The notes beneath the pieces are model-generated. The model was not told the DNA's origin. It searched no databases and worked only from the letters and a program-made list of their open reading frames with translations. Position numbers and translations under genes: made by a program. From positions 62,001 through 126,000 of IMG/VR virus record IMGVR_UViG_3300048008_000449: 64,000 nucleotides of DNA. The stretch is one strand, 5' to 3'. Shown here piece by piece: positions 29,336-39,058 of this stretch; the first letter of the stretch is position 1; the number at the start of each line of letters is the position of its first letter.

Positions 29336-29803
29336 TTAGTACTTGTTGAGAAACTTCATTCTTTCAGCAATCTTATGTGCTTCAGGATTAGTTGCTACTG
29401 TATAATCATAGCTACTAGAATAAACTGATTTCTCAAAATTTTCTTTATTCCAATCCATTGGTGTGTCTTGCTTGTATGCAAGAAATCTAAAACTACTGGC
29501 AGTATTGTCTACTCTAGAAATATCTTTTAAAATTTTATCAACTGCGTCAAACAGTTTACTATTTCTTTCTAGTTCAACATACACTTTATAGTTACCATCT
29601 TTGTCCGGTCCTACAGAAGCATCAACATCAATTGTATCATGTCCTGTTTCAATGAACTGGCTTAAATCTTTTGCTGGGTCTGCATCTTTAACATCAAATG
29701 CGACAACTACAACGTTTTCATCTTTTCCAACTTTGCTTTTAAATTGGTCTATGCTAAATGTAGTTATTAATAAATCTTCAAGATCGTTGTGTTGTATACT
29801 CAT
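29336..29803 (-). CDS. Hypothetical phage protein
   Basis: 155 aa, coupled to the upstream gene. Confidence 0.7.
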   Translation of the reverse strand: MSIQHNDLEDLLITTFSIDQFKSKVGKDENVVVVAFDVKDADPAKDLSQFIETGHDTIDVDASVGPDKDGNYKVYVELERNSKLFDAVDKILKDISRVDNTASSFRFLAYKQDTPMDWNKENFEKSVYSSSYDYTVATNPEAHKIAERMKFLNKY

Positions 29804-30327
29804 TACATTTCCTCCGGTTGGATGTCATCATTTTCATCAACAGCGGCTTGTTCTACTTTGTCACTATTAATGTTTTGATCATCAACACGTAATTTATTTG
29901 CTTCAATATCTTCCATATGTTTTCTAGGAACAACAATTGTTACTAACCAAATTGGTGTAATAACTTTTTTAGCACGTGTTTGTCCTGGTCTTTTACCATC
30001 TGCGCCATCTGTTTGTTCAATATCATCCGGTGATTTAATCTTTGCCGCTGAAACCAATTCTTCTTCTGCATAATATACTTTGCATCCGTTTTTAATTAGT
30101 CGTTCAGCACCTACTGGATCTGGCATTAGTTTACGTGGATACATAAGTGTCATTGTTGCCCAATATCTATCAATATGTGGACCTTCTACAATCTCACCTT
30201 CAATCCAATTTGCATAAGCATAGATATTTGACGTATCTATAACACGTTCCATATCCATTAGAGTTTCTAATGCAGAATCTCTACTTGTATTTGCTTTTAG
30301 TGTATCTAATATATAATTTTGATCCAT
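29803..30327 (-). CDS. Hypothetical phage protein
   Basis: 174 aa; TAAATA at 30354-30359. Confidence 0.7.
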   Translation of the reverse strand: MDQNYILDTLKANTSRDSALETLMDMERVIDTSNIYAYANWIEGEIVEGPHIDRYWATMTLMYPRKLMPDPVGAERLIKNGCKVYYAEEELVSAAKIKSPDDIEQTDGADGKRPGQTRAKKVITPIWLVTIVVPRKHMEDIEANKLRVDDQNINSDKVEQAAVDENDDIQPEEM

Positions 30328-30472
30328 AATAAATTATTCCTTTGTCTTATACTTATTTATGACAGTTATATCTTAAAGGTCAACCTTGTTATCTACTTAC
30401 ATAATAGCCACACACAATTGTTAAATACATATGAGCAGGCAACATGGGCCTCTTACCCAAATAGGAGTTATA

Positions 30473-31216
30473 ATGGCTAAACGAGCTCGAAAAACAAAAA
30501 AACAACAACATCAACAACATTACAACGATCACAGTAATGTAATTTCAGTAAACGAACATAGACAACGCAAAAAGCACGTAACAATTGTACCACGCAATAT
30601 AGCACAAGAAGATTACTGCGAAATGTTAGATAATAACAAAAAAAATATTGTGTTTGCAATGGGACCAGCAGGTACCGGTAAAACATTACTAGGTGTACTT
30701 GCGGCTATTGATGCTTACAACACAGGCTTATGCGAAAAAATCGTTATTACAAGACCAGCTGTATCAGTTGATGAACAACATGGTTTCCTACCAGGTACAT
30801 TGGTAGAGAAAATGGCACCATGGACAAGACCTATATTCGATGTAATGGAAGAATATTGGTCACCAAAAACCATTGAAAGTATGATTGCAGACAATGTAAT
30901 CGAAATTGCACCACTAGCATACATGCGTGGTAGAACTTTTAAGAATTCTTGGATTATAGCAGACGAAATGCAAAATGCGACACCATCTCAAATGAAGATG
31001 TTATTAACACGTATTGGCGAGAATTCTAAAATTATTGTAACAGGAGACTTAGCACAACACGACCGTGGTTTTGAAGACAACGGTCTTAAAAATTTCGTAA
31101 AACTATTAGAACAAAAAGGTAGTAATATTATCGGCGTAGTTAGTTTTTCTAGACAAGACGTTGAACGACATATTGCTGTTACTGAGGTTCTATCAATTTA
31201 CGGTGACGAAGACTAA
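30473..31216 (+). CDS. phoH: PhoH-family ATPase
   Basis: GPAGTGKT, GFLPG, YMRGRT, DEMQN, TGD; SD AGGAG before MAKR. Confidence 0.95.
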   Translation: MAKRARKTKKQQHQQHYNDHSNVISVNEHRQRKKHVTIVPRNIAQEDYCEMLDNNKKNIVFAMGPAGTGKTLLGVLAAIDAYNTGLCEKIVITRPAVSVDEQHGFLPGTLVEKMAPWTRPIFDVMEEYWSPKTIESMIADNVIEIAPLAYMRGRTFKNSWIIADEMQNATPSQMKMLLTRIGENSKIIVTGDLAQHDRGFEDNGLKNFVKLLEQKGSNIIGVVSFSRQDVERHIAVTEVLSIYGDED

Positions 31217-31798
31217 TTAAACGTTGACAACAATGTCAACTATCTGTGCCCAGTTGCCTACTCGCACAACACCGTCTACCGTATCTTGCTTCTCATTATG
31301 AGTATGATTAATGAGCAAACTTTTTAGACCTAACTTAGCTCCTAAGTTAGCATTTGCTGTTTTGTCCTCAATCCAATACAATCCACTATCTTTGTAAGGT
31401 TCTAGTGCATCATCTTTATCTGCACCTGTATCTAAACAAATAACTTCTTCAAATACATTTTTACCAAAAATAGCTTCTAAATTTGTTTTTCTTAGTTTAC
31501 CAGCTTTTTCATCTAAGCTAAGAGAAGTAATACAATGAAATTTGTATCCTGCTTCTACCAAATGTGCAACACCGCTTCTAGCATCTCTAAAAGCTGGCAA
31601 GTACTTTACCCATGCACAATTATTAAATTCTTTTACAAGTTTTTTACATTTAAACTTACTTAATCCGTATGCTACTTCCATTTCGTATACGTCATTTACT
31701 TTTTTAGTATAACCTTTTTTAGCCATCCACTTATTAAAGTCGACTTCCCAATCAAGCAATACTCCGTCTGCGTCAGTCAAAACTATCTTATTATTCAT
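31217..31798 (-). CDS. HAD-family phosphatase (T4 gp30.2-like)
   Basis: LTDADGVLLDW, WIEDK. Confidence 0.75.
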   Translation of the reverse strand: MNNKIVLTDADGVLLDWEVDFNKWMAKKGYTKKVNDVYEMEVAYGLSKFKCKKLVKEFNNCAWVKYLPAFRDARSGVAHLVEAGYKFHCITSLSLDEKAGKLRKTNLEAIFGKNVFEEVICLDTGADKDDALEPYKDSGLYWIEDKTANANLGAKLGLKSLLINHTHNEKQDTVDGVVRVGNWAQIVDIVVNV

Positions 31799-31830
31799 AA
31801 CTTCTCTACTTTGTTTCTGATTATGTTTAT

Positions 31831-31859
31831 ATTATAAGACATCTTGGCTGAGAAGTCAA
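31831..31859 (-). promoter_or_regulatory. Sigma70 promoter with AAGATGTCTT box
   Basis: TTGACT-N17-TATAAT. Confidence 0.7.
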
Positions 31860-31894
31860 CCACTAATTGTATTTTTATGTGAATTATTTTATAG

Positions 31895-32203
31895 CTACAT
31901 TGCCATTAGATCGTCAAAATTCCATACCATTTTTGCGGCTCCGCCATACTGTCCAGGACCAACGCCTTTTTGATATGGTGGCTGAGGAAGTGGACCTGTC
32001 CATATCCAATTATCATGCTCTTGTGGATAATACTGCATACGTTCTTCTTTGTGTAAAAACTCAGGTTTTAGTCCATGCTTTTCTGTCATATTGAACATTT
32101 CAATATCAGGCATAAACTTCATCTTTACTTGCATTGCTTCAAAGTCAGTTAACACAACACAATCATTTTTACCATTGATTGTTACACTCCATACTTGATC
32201 CAT
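31895..32203 (-). CDS. Hypothetical protein
   Basis: 102 aa, coupled to the upstream gene. Confidence 0.6.
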   Translation of the reverse strand: MDQVWSVTINGKNDCVVLTDFEAMQVKMKFMPDIEMFNMTEKHGLKPEFLHKEERMQYYPQEHDNWIWTGPLPQPPYQKGVGPGQYGGAAKMVWNFDDLMAM

Positions 32204-32658
32204 TAACGTCTCATTCTAGCAATTTCAATTGCTTCTTCTTTGTTATCTTCAAATATGGGAACCATGTTACTTTTGTGCATAGTTGCAATACCAACAAGTT
32301 TACGTTCGCCTGTGTATTTCATAGATTCTTTACGTGCAGTTGAACCACCGATGTTATTACTAAGACTAGGATAGTCTGGTGTTTCTCTATTAAGTTTTGG
32401 AGGAACATACGGTTCTGCTTTTACATTTTTACGTGTTGGTGCTTTGTATGTACCATTACAATATGCAACGTAATCATCAAACTTCTCAAACTGTGCATAT
32501 AGAATATTACGTTTGCGACAATCTTTATTGTGCTTACGCCATTGTACTATCAATTTTTGTTCTTGATTTGCAGACATTTTTTTCTGCTTCTTTTTACGAT
32601 TATAATTTGTTGTGGTCATATAAGGACCAACTAGATGCATACTCATTTTACGCTCCAA
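32203..32658 (-). CDS. Conserved T4-like hypothetical protein
   Basis: KYTG..LVGIATMHKSNMVPI motif; upstream TTGACA-N17-TATACT. Confidence 0.65.
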   Translation of the reverse strand: MERKMSMHLVGPYMTTTNYNRKKKQKKMSANQEQKLIVQWRKHNKDCRKRNILYAQFEKFDDYVAYCNGTYKAPTRKNVKAEPYVPPKLNRETPDYPSLSNNIGGSTARKESMKYTGERKLVGIATMHKSNMVPIFEDNKEEAIEIARMRR

Positions 32659-32703
32659 AGTAAATTTATTGTTCTTACAGTATAGCGTAAATTTGTCTAT
32701 TTG

Positions 32704-33441
32704 TCAATCGGGAATTTTAATGCCATCAAACAGTATATCAGAATAGGTTGTTACTAGTTCTCTCCAGTTTGGCAATGGCGGGGAATTTATAATATCGCAT
32801 AATCTATAATATTCCATAGGTTTGTGCCTAAAGATTTCTCCAATATCAATTTTGTGTATTGCAATACCTTTGGCTTCAAATTCCATTTTATAATGGATAT
32901 ATTCTTCGTAATGATCTTTAAACTTTAATGGCTGTGCAAGATGAAATGTATCTGGAGCAATTGTTCTTTCATATGGTAAATTATGATCAGTTCCTACACA
33001 TATGGCAAACATATCTGCTAGTTCTTCTTGATCACAATCAAGTACAATATGTGTTGTTACATTAGTATCTTTATTATGTATAATATCAAATCTAGACAAT
33101 GCATAATTTAAGTAATGATATGGATTAAGTCTAAACACAAGTTTTGTAAAATCACCTACTCCTTGTCTTAGTGCCGCTTCAATTTGGTCATCAAATGGAT
33201 GTACTTCATTTATCCACTTATCACCAAATTTATTTTCACAATGAAATGTTTCAGGTCTCCAACTTCTACCTTGATGTCCTATCATATCTGTACCAGTAGG
33301 ATTTTCTTTTCTCATATCCATGTCAGGTACTTGTGCAAATCCTTCATGTCTTTGAATTAACCAAGAGATAAATTCACCTGGTAATCCTGAAGGATGTATT
33401 ATTGAAAATGCTTCTGGTTTTGGTCTTTCTAAAATAGGCAT
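32704..33441 (-). CDS. Hypothetical protein
   Basis: 245 aa, overlaps the radical SAM stop. Confidence 0.65.
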   Translation of the reverse strand: MPILERPKPEAFSIIHPSGLPGEFISWLIQRHEGFAQVPDMDMRKENPTGTDMIGHQGRSWRPETFHCENKFGDKWINEVHPFDDQIEAALRQGVGDFTKLVFRLNPYHYLNYALSRFDIIHNKDTNVTTHIVLDCDQEELADMFAICVGTDHNLPYERTIAPDTFHLAQPLKFKDHYEEYIHYKMEFEAKGIAIHKIDIGEIFRHKPMEYYRLCDIINSPPLPNWRELVTTYSDILFDGIKIPD

Positions 33442-34721
33442 GGTTGTTTTGGTCCGTAAATTATTTCTGCTAAATCTGGATTATAATCATACAAGTATAC
33501 ATCTCTAAATTTATCCTGTTCACGTACAAGTTCTTGGAATACAGATAAATGATGTTCTTTTGTATCTAATGCTTTTCTCATATCATTAAGTGTTCTAATA
33601 TTATGTGTGTCTTTATTATGATATCTTAGTTCTGCTTTGTTAATTATATTGTGTGCATGTTTTTTATAAGAATCTGGTAAGTTTCCAGATCTTAAATGTG
33701 CTGGAAATACTACTAGTCTTAAATTACTATCAGCTTTATGATCATATACAAAATCTAAAAAGTCTAGTGTATTATCATAATTAAATATTTGGTAACTAGC
33801 ATTAATTTGAACACCAAACCATTTGTTTTCTTGTGCAAACTTAGATAGCTTACCACATTGTTCTTCCATTTGGCTCCAAGTAAATACACCGTTACTACGC
33901 ATGTATTCAAACATTGGACCAGCGGCATCAATACTAATATCTAATGTAAGTTTTTTTAGTTTATGAAATAGTCCTAATTTTTCTACATTTACTTTTGATC
34001 CATTTGTAGTAATAACCATTTTAATTTTTTCTGGGTATCCGTGTTCTTCAATAAGTTCCATTAACCTATATGGACTATCATCCATAAATGGTTCTCCACC
34101 TGTCATCCAAATACTTCTGATACCTTTTAGTACTGTAGGATTCTTTTCTAAATATGGAATAATACTGTTAAAGTTTTTTGGGTTAGACCATTGAAACTTT
34201 TTATATTCTCTAGGAAACTTACTGTTCATGTGTTTAGCTTCAGGTATTAAACTGTTGCTGTAATTTGGACTACACATTCTACATTTAAAGTTACACACAT
34301 TACTAAAGTTTACAAATAAATGGCTTATGTCATTTCCTACTAACTTTGGAGTACGATATGGTTCAGGGTTGCCTAACTGATCCATCATCTTCTTTCCAAG
34401 CCAATTCATACGTTGACTTTTTTGTCCGTTCTTTTCTCTATTCAAACAGTTGGTACATCCATAAGTATCCCATTTACCGTCAAGCATGTTTTGACGTAAT
34501 GTTTGCATTTCTTTACTGTCGTGGCTCTCGCCCATGTCGTCATCACTCATCATGCAACGACTTACAACGCCTGAAGGATGCCAACTAATAGTATTAAATG
34601 GAACTGGACACCAACTTTTACTGTGTAGGTTTTTCCAGTTATCATCTTCAACTACTTTTGTTACAATATCCTTGGCAGGTATAATAAATTTATCTTTGTT
34701 TATGTCTGTTGGATTATTCAT
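33429..34721 (-). CDS. Radical SAM protein with N-terminal SPASM/twitch domain
   Basis: WCPVPF...RC...CTNC, CNFKCRMC, GGEP, TTNG. Confidence 0.9.
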   Translation of the reverse strand: MNNPTDINKDKFIIPAKDIVTKVVEDDNWKNLHSKSWCPVPFNTISWHPSGVVSRCMMSDDDMGESHDSKEMQTLRQNMLDGKWDTYGCTNCLNREKNGQKSQRMNWLGKKMMDQLGNPEPYRTPKLVGNDISHLFVNFSNVCNFKCRMCSPNYSNSLIPEAKHMNSKFPREYKKFQWSNPKNFNSIIPYLEKNPTVLKGIRSIWMTGGEPFMDDSPYRLMELIEEHGYPEKIKMVITTNGSKVNVEKLGLFHKLKKLTLDISIDAAGPMFEYMRSNGVFTWSQMEEQCGKLSKFAQENKWFGVQINASYQIFNYDNTLDFLDFVYDHKADSNLRLVVFPAHLRSGNLPDSYKKHAHNIINKAELRYHNKDTHNIRTLNDMRKALDTKEHHLSVFQELVREQDKFRDVYLYDYNPDLAEIIYGPKQPCLF

Positions 34722-35949
34722 TGTATATAAAGTTACCTAAAATGCTATGATAATCATGCATTGTTTTATTCCTATATTTATCTTGTGCTTTTGTGAAGGC
34801 TTTAAACTTGTCTATCATATCTTGATTTGCTTGTGGTGCTTGTAAGTTTTTAAGTACGTCATCAAAAGTTCTTTGAAATCTTGGATCATTAACTATCTTA
34901 TAGTCTTTAATTTTTTCATATTCCTTCATACGTATATCTGTTGGTAATACATTTAGTCTAAGGTGTTCAGGAAAAATTAACATCCTAGTATTATTTAGTG
35001 CACCTGCATCTACACACAATTCATTAAATTCTGTTACTGTATCAAAGTTGTATGCTTGTATGCTTGCATTGAAACACATGTTAAACCAACCATCATTTTG
35101 CTTCTTAAAATGTTTAAGGTCATCTATTAATGAACGCATTTGTTGCCATGTATATAATCCATCGCTACGCATATATTCAAACATGTTACTAGCCGCATCA
35201 ATACTTAAATCTAATTCAAACCATTTTAAGTTTTCAAACTTTTGTAACTTATCTAAATCTACTTTAGATCCATTTGTAGTAATAACAACATCCATATCCC
35301 AAGATTTATCATATTCGTTTAATATATCCATTAAATCAAAACAGTTGTCGTCCATAAATGGTTCGCCGCCTGTTATCCATATACTTGATAGACTATCTAA
35401 TTTCTCTGGATGTTCTCTTAGGTATGTATTAATAAAATTTCTATTTTTAATAATCTCTGGTTTTACTTTTCTTGCTAAACCAAGTGTATTTAAATGTTTA
35501 TGTTCAGGTATGAGACTATTACTATAACCTGGGCTACACATTCTACATTTAAAATTACAAATATTACTGTAATTTATAAACATATGATTAACAGGGTTTC
35601 CTGTTACTTTTGGATTCATATATCCATCTGTGTTTCTAAAATCGTCTGGATTACGTTGTAACCATTTTTGTCTTTGACTAATGTTGCCTTGTTCTTCTTT
35701 TTTAAGGCAGTTAATACAACCTTCTTTATCCCATACACCATTAAGCATATCAGTTCGAAGTTTTTGCATTTCTTTACTGTCGTAGTCTTCCCCCATCGGT
35801 ACATCGCTCATCATACAACGAGTTAATACACCGGTGGGGTGAAAACTTATAGCGTTGAAAGGTATTGGACACCACGCATTACCGTGGTCGACTTTAGTAT
35901 ACTCTTTGTATATACCTTGTCTTCTTTGTAAATCATTATCATTACTCAC
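34714..35949 (-). CDS. Radical SAM protein with N-terminal SPASM/twitch domain (tandem paralog)
   Basis: WCPIPF...CINC, CNFKCRMC, GGEP; closely similar to its neighbour. Confidence 0.9.
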   Translation of the reverse strand: MSNDNDLQRRQGIYKEYTKVDHGNAWCPIPFNAISFHPTGVLTRCMMSDVPMGEDYDSKEMQKLRTDMLNGVWDKEGCINCLKKEEQGNISQRQKWLQRNPDDFRNTDGYMNPKVTGNPVNHMFINYSNICNFKCRMCSPGYSNSLIPEHKHLNTLGLARKVKPEIIKNRNFINTYLREHPEKLDSLSSIWITGGEPFMDDNCFDLMDILNEYDKSWDMDVVITTNGSKVDLDKLQKFENLKWFELDLSIDAASNMFEYMRSDGLYTWQQMRSLIDDLKHFKKQNDGWFNMCFNASIQAYNFDTVTEFNELCVDAGALNNTRMLIFPEHLRLNVLPTDIRMKEYEKIKDYKIVNDPRFQRTFDDVLKNLQAPQANQDMIDKFKAFTKAQDKYRNKTMHDYHSILGNFIYNE

Positions 35950-35973
35950 TTTCCAATAAACCTTTAGTTGATA

Positions 35974-36801
35974 TTATGAGCCAAGAAGTTTTGCTAAAGT
36001 ATTTGGACCAGCAATACCATCTGCTACCAGACCGTTTGCTCGTTGCCAATCTTTTAGTTTTACTTCTGTTCCAGACCCAAATATTCCGTCTGCTCCAGTG
36101 CCAAGGGCTTCCTGTAATTTTTTAACAGTATTTCCTCTGCTACCTTTGCGAACGGTTTCATATGTTTCTCTTGGTTCATAATGTCCACCAAGAACTTCTA
36201 ATGCATGTGCATAATGTTTCTTGCGATCTTCTAATCCTATAGTACCACCATTAATACGTTTAGTCATTCCAAGAATATCTTGGTTATCACAATAACGATT
36301 AATGTTGTTTGAATCCCAAAACCAACAAGCACTTGCTAACGCTCCAATTGGAGTACGAACAAATTCTGTTGCTTCATATGGATTCATACCTTCTACTTCA
36401 GCAAATTGTGTATAATTAAATCTACCAGTAAGTTGTAATATGCCGCCACCTCTAAAGGTCCAGCCATCACCGCTTTCTGTATCTCCATTATCCATACGAT
36501 TTGCATAAATTACATTGGCAATCTTTTCAGGTTGCCTATGATAGTCTTGTGCATTTCTTCCTGCACGTTTAAAGTACTTTGGGAAAATCTTATCAAGTGC
36601 ATCTGCACTATAATTTAGATTCTCTGTTAGAACGGAATACCCAGCCGACTCATGTGATGTCTGTGCTATAAACCCAGCCACCCGATCAACTGTATTAATA
36701 TCCCACTTGGGCAAAACTCTACTCATTGCATCAAACCATGTTTGAGCACTTATACGTGGTAGTAGTTCTGCAACTTGCTCTACTTTAAAATCAAATTGCA
36801 T
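35974..36801 (-). CDS. Endolysin: GH19 catalytic domain plus C-terminal peptidoglycan-binding domain
   Basis: AQTSHES, ENLNYS, FRGGGILQLTGRFNY, TKRINGG; LQ..DGIFG..T, DGIAGPNT. Confidence 0.92.
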   Translation of the reverse strand: MQFDFKVEQVAELLPRISAQTWFDAMSRVLPKWDINTVDRVAGFIAQTSHESAGYSVLTENLNYSADALDKIFPKYFKRAGRNAQDYHRQPEKIANVIYANRMDNGDTESGDGWTFRGGGILQLTGRFNYTQFAEVEGMNPYEATEFVRTPIGALASACWFWDSNNINRYCDNQDILGMTKRINGGTIGLEDRKKHYAHALEVLGGHYEPRETYETVRKGSRGNTVKKLQEALGTGADGIFGSGTEVKLKDWQRANGLVADGIAGPNTLAKLLGS

Positions 36802-36808
36802 AGTTTAC

Positions 36809-36964
36809 TTACTCACCTTTTAGTAGTGTGAAAGCACCGTACACGATTGCCGCGTATGCTACTAAATCAACTGGTGCTAGAAGCATTACTACGCCTACTG
36901 CGATTAGAGCGCCACCATCCCATGATGTACGTTCTGCTAGTCTATTTTTAATCCATTCAATCAT
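36809..36964 (-). CDS. Small two-TM protein, holin candidate (MIEWIKNRLAERTSWDG...), not in the ORF track
   Basis: 51 aa, SD AGGAG, directly upstream of the endolysin. Confidence 0.65.
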   Translation of the reverse strand: MIEWIKNRLAERTSWDGGALIAVGVVMLLAPVDLVAYAAIVYGAFTLLKGE

Positions 36965-36988
36965 AATGATCTCCTTTTTTTGTTTTAG

Positions 36989-37174
36989 CTAACTGTTATT
37001 TTCTGAATCGTTAGCTATCTCCCTTGCCAATGCTCTAATATCATCTACTAGGTACGTCATTGTTGCTGTATCGGTTACAGGCAATGATTCAGCATTCTCA
37101 AGAAGTTCTAGTTTGTCAAGAATAACCTTGACTTTATTTTTTATGTCTTTTGCTGAGTGTCTAAATGACATCAT
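36989..37174 (-). CDS. Hypothetical protein
   Basis: 61 aa with SD GGAG. Confidence 0.55.
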   Translation of the reverse strand: MMSFRHSAKDIKNKVKVILDKLELLENAESLPVTDTATMTYLVDDIRALAREIANDSENNS

Positions 37175-37312
37175 ATTTCTCCATAAAATTTTAACTAATA
37201 GTATTTAGTTTAATATAAAAAAGTGCAAAAGTCAACCGATTATAGGTTAAAAGTATAGTTAATTGCTAAAAAAACGCATTAAATACAGAGAGTTAGTTAA
37301 GGAGACAACACA

Positions 37313-37792
37313 ATTATAGATCCGATTACCGCATTTTCTGCCGCTACTATGGCATTTAAGGCTGTTAAGTCGGCAGTCAGCGTCGGTCAAGACTTAGAAA
37401 AAGTAGTTGGAAGTATGTCTAAATGGTATGGAGCAGTAAGCGACATACGTAAATGTCAACAAAATAATAAAAAGCCCCCTATATTTAAAAAATTATTTGC
37501 CGCAGGTAGCATCGAAGAAGAAGCATTACAATTGTTAATGCACGATAAAGCTATTAGAGAGCAAGAGAAAGAACTTGAAACTCTATTAAATTGGAGATAC
37601 GGGTTCGGAACTTGGAAGGAACTCATCGAGCTTAGAAGAAAGATAAAAGCCGAAAGAGAAGCTACGCTTTATAAACAAGAAGAAAGAAGAAGAGTAATAT
37701 TGGATGGGGTTGCAATTTTTACATTACTCACAGTGATATCATTAGTTACCGTAGGAATAGTCTACGGACTACATGCATCTGGTAAAATATAG
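37313..37792 (+). CDS. Membrane-anchored hypothetical protein with probable ATT start (IDPITAFSAA...)
   Basis: AAGGAG lies 8 nt before an in-frame ATT; the first ATG (37349) has no SD; C-terminal TM. Confidence 0.6.
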   Translation: MIDPITAFSAATMAFKAVKSAVSVGQDLEKVVGSMSKWYGAVSDIRKCQQNNKKPPIFKKLFAAGSIEEEALQLLMHDKAIREQEKELETLLNWRYGFGTWKELIELRRKIKAEREATLYKQEERRRVILDGVAIFTLLTVISLVTVGIVYGLHASGKI

Positions 37793-37814
37793 TTGCTGAT
37801 CAGCAACATATCTT

Positions 37815-38027
37815 TTATTTACTAGCAATAGCAATAGAAGTATGTTTAATAGAAGCAAAAGGTATAGGTTGATTGTTTTCGTCCATTACTAGTTCGCCGT
37901 TTACTGACCCACATAGCATTTTACCTTTGGCACTATAGAACATTGATGGTTTAATTTCGTATTCACCTATGTAACGTTTCCAGTTATTAGACTTTGGCGT
38001 TGTAGTTTGAGCTTTATATCCAGCCAT
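37815..38027 (-). CDS. Hypothetical protein
   Basis: 70 aa, coupled to the upstream gene. Confidence 0.6.
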   Translation of the reverse strand: MAGYKAQTTTPKSNNWKRYIGEYEIKPSMFYSAKGKMLCGSVNGELVMDENNQPIPFASIKHTSIAIASK

Positions 38028-38170
38028 TACTTACCTTGTCCTTTATACTTCTTATATGAACGTTTTTTGCTTTTATTCATAGAACTGAATTTTGTTCTTG
38101 AGTGATTATTTCCTATGCTTGTCTTTTTTGGTTGTGTTTCGTGGCCTATAAAATTCTTGTATAATTTCAT
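38027..38170 (-). CDS. Small basic protein (KKTSIG...KKYKGQGK), not in the ORF track
   Basis: 47 aa, SD GGAGG, TAATG coupling. Confidence 0.65.
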   Translation of the reverse strand: MKLYKNFIGHETQPKKTSIGNNHSRTKFSSMNKSKKRSYKKYKGQGK

Positions 38171-38215
38171 AACCCTCCATAGTTATAGATGCTTCATGCA
38201 ACTTTTAGCATTTAT

Positions 38216-38398
38216 TTATGACTGATTCATGTTTATACAGACGGCTTGCTGTCCTGCTTTGAAATAACCATCACCTTTGCCTACTTCATCAGCTAGTGCT
38301 TCTCTAGCAAAGAAACAGTCTGTCATACTATTATGAGTTGTTACTGCTTCAACATAAGGCACTGCATCATAAAAATATATAAAAACTAGTACCCACAT
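38216..38398 (-). CDS. Small hypothetical protein (MWVLVFI...C...C)
   Basis: 60-aa ORF. Confidence 0.6.
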   Translation of the reverse strand: MWVLVFIYFYDAVPYVEAVTTHNSMTDCFFAREALADEVGKGDGYFKAGQQAVCINMNQS

Positions 38399-38399
38399 A

Positions 38400-38540
38400 T
38401 TACAATCCTAGAATACCAAATAGATTAAACCAACCCATTGTGGTTCCAATAATGATTGGTGTGCCAATCATCATAAATGCAATAATAAAAAATGCTAAGA
38501 TAGCACCTTTATTATTGCCTGCTTCGTTTGGGTTACTCAT
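38400..38540 (-). CDS. Small membrane protein (MSNPNEAGNKG...), not in the ORF track
   Basis: 46 aa, hydrophobic, fills the gap. Confidence 0.55.
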   Translation of the reverse strand: MSNPNEAGNNKGAILAFFIIAFMMIGTPIIIGTTMGWFNLFGILGL

Positions 38541-38961
38541 GCTCTCCACCTTTTCCACGGCCAAAGCCTCCAAAGTATTGTGGCTTATGTTTTGCTGTTT
38601 CGAATGTTGCTACTGTTATTGCAACTGCGGCTAATAGTAGTGCGTGTAGAATCATACTAAACACTCCTGCCCACATGCTACCTACGATAATGGCAAACAC
38701 AATACACCACATCCATGCTAATACCTGCATAATCATATGTCGTGTACTGAAATCTGGAATGTTGCTAAGTGGATTCTTCTTATGATCCATTACTACATTC
38801 CAACTGTTGTAAATAAATTCTCTCATTGATATTACCTTTCTAAATATTACTTTTGTTGGATAATGTGCGTCCACATCATCTCTATATTCAATAGCATCAA
38901 GTACGTTATGAAACTCTTTAGATATTTTTTTATCTTTAAACCATGCTGTTACTTTATACAT
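38533..38961 (-). CDS. Membrane protein
   Basis: Two TM helices; NPL...QVLAWMW motif. Confidence 0.6.
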   Translation of the reverse strand: MYKVTAWFKDKKISKEFHNVLDAIEYRDDVDAHYPTKVIFRKVISMREFIYNSWNVVMDHKKNPLSNIPDFSTRHMIMQVLAWMWCIVFAIIVGSMWAGVFSMILHALLLAAVAITVATFETAKHKPQYFGGFGRGKGGEHE

Positions 38962-38977
38962 TGACTATCCTTTGTTT

Positions 38978-39054
38978 TGGTACTCCCGGTAGGATTCGAA
39001 CCTACGATCGACCCGTTATGAGCGGGTGGCATTAGACCGCTATGCTACAAGAGT
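38978..39054 (-). tRNA. tRNA with CAT anticodon, probably tRNA-Ile2 (lysidine type); Met not excluded
   Basis: Cloverleaf; anticodon arm ACCCG-CTCATAA-CGGGT; GGTTCGAATCC; encoded CCA. Confidence 0.85.
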
Positions 39055-39058
39055 ATTC

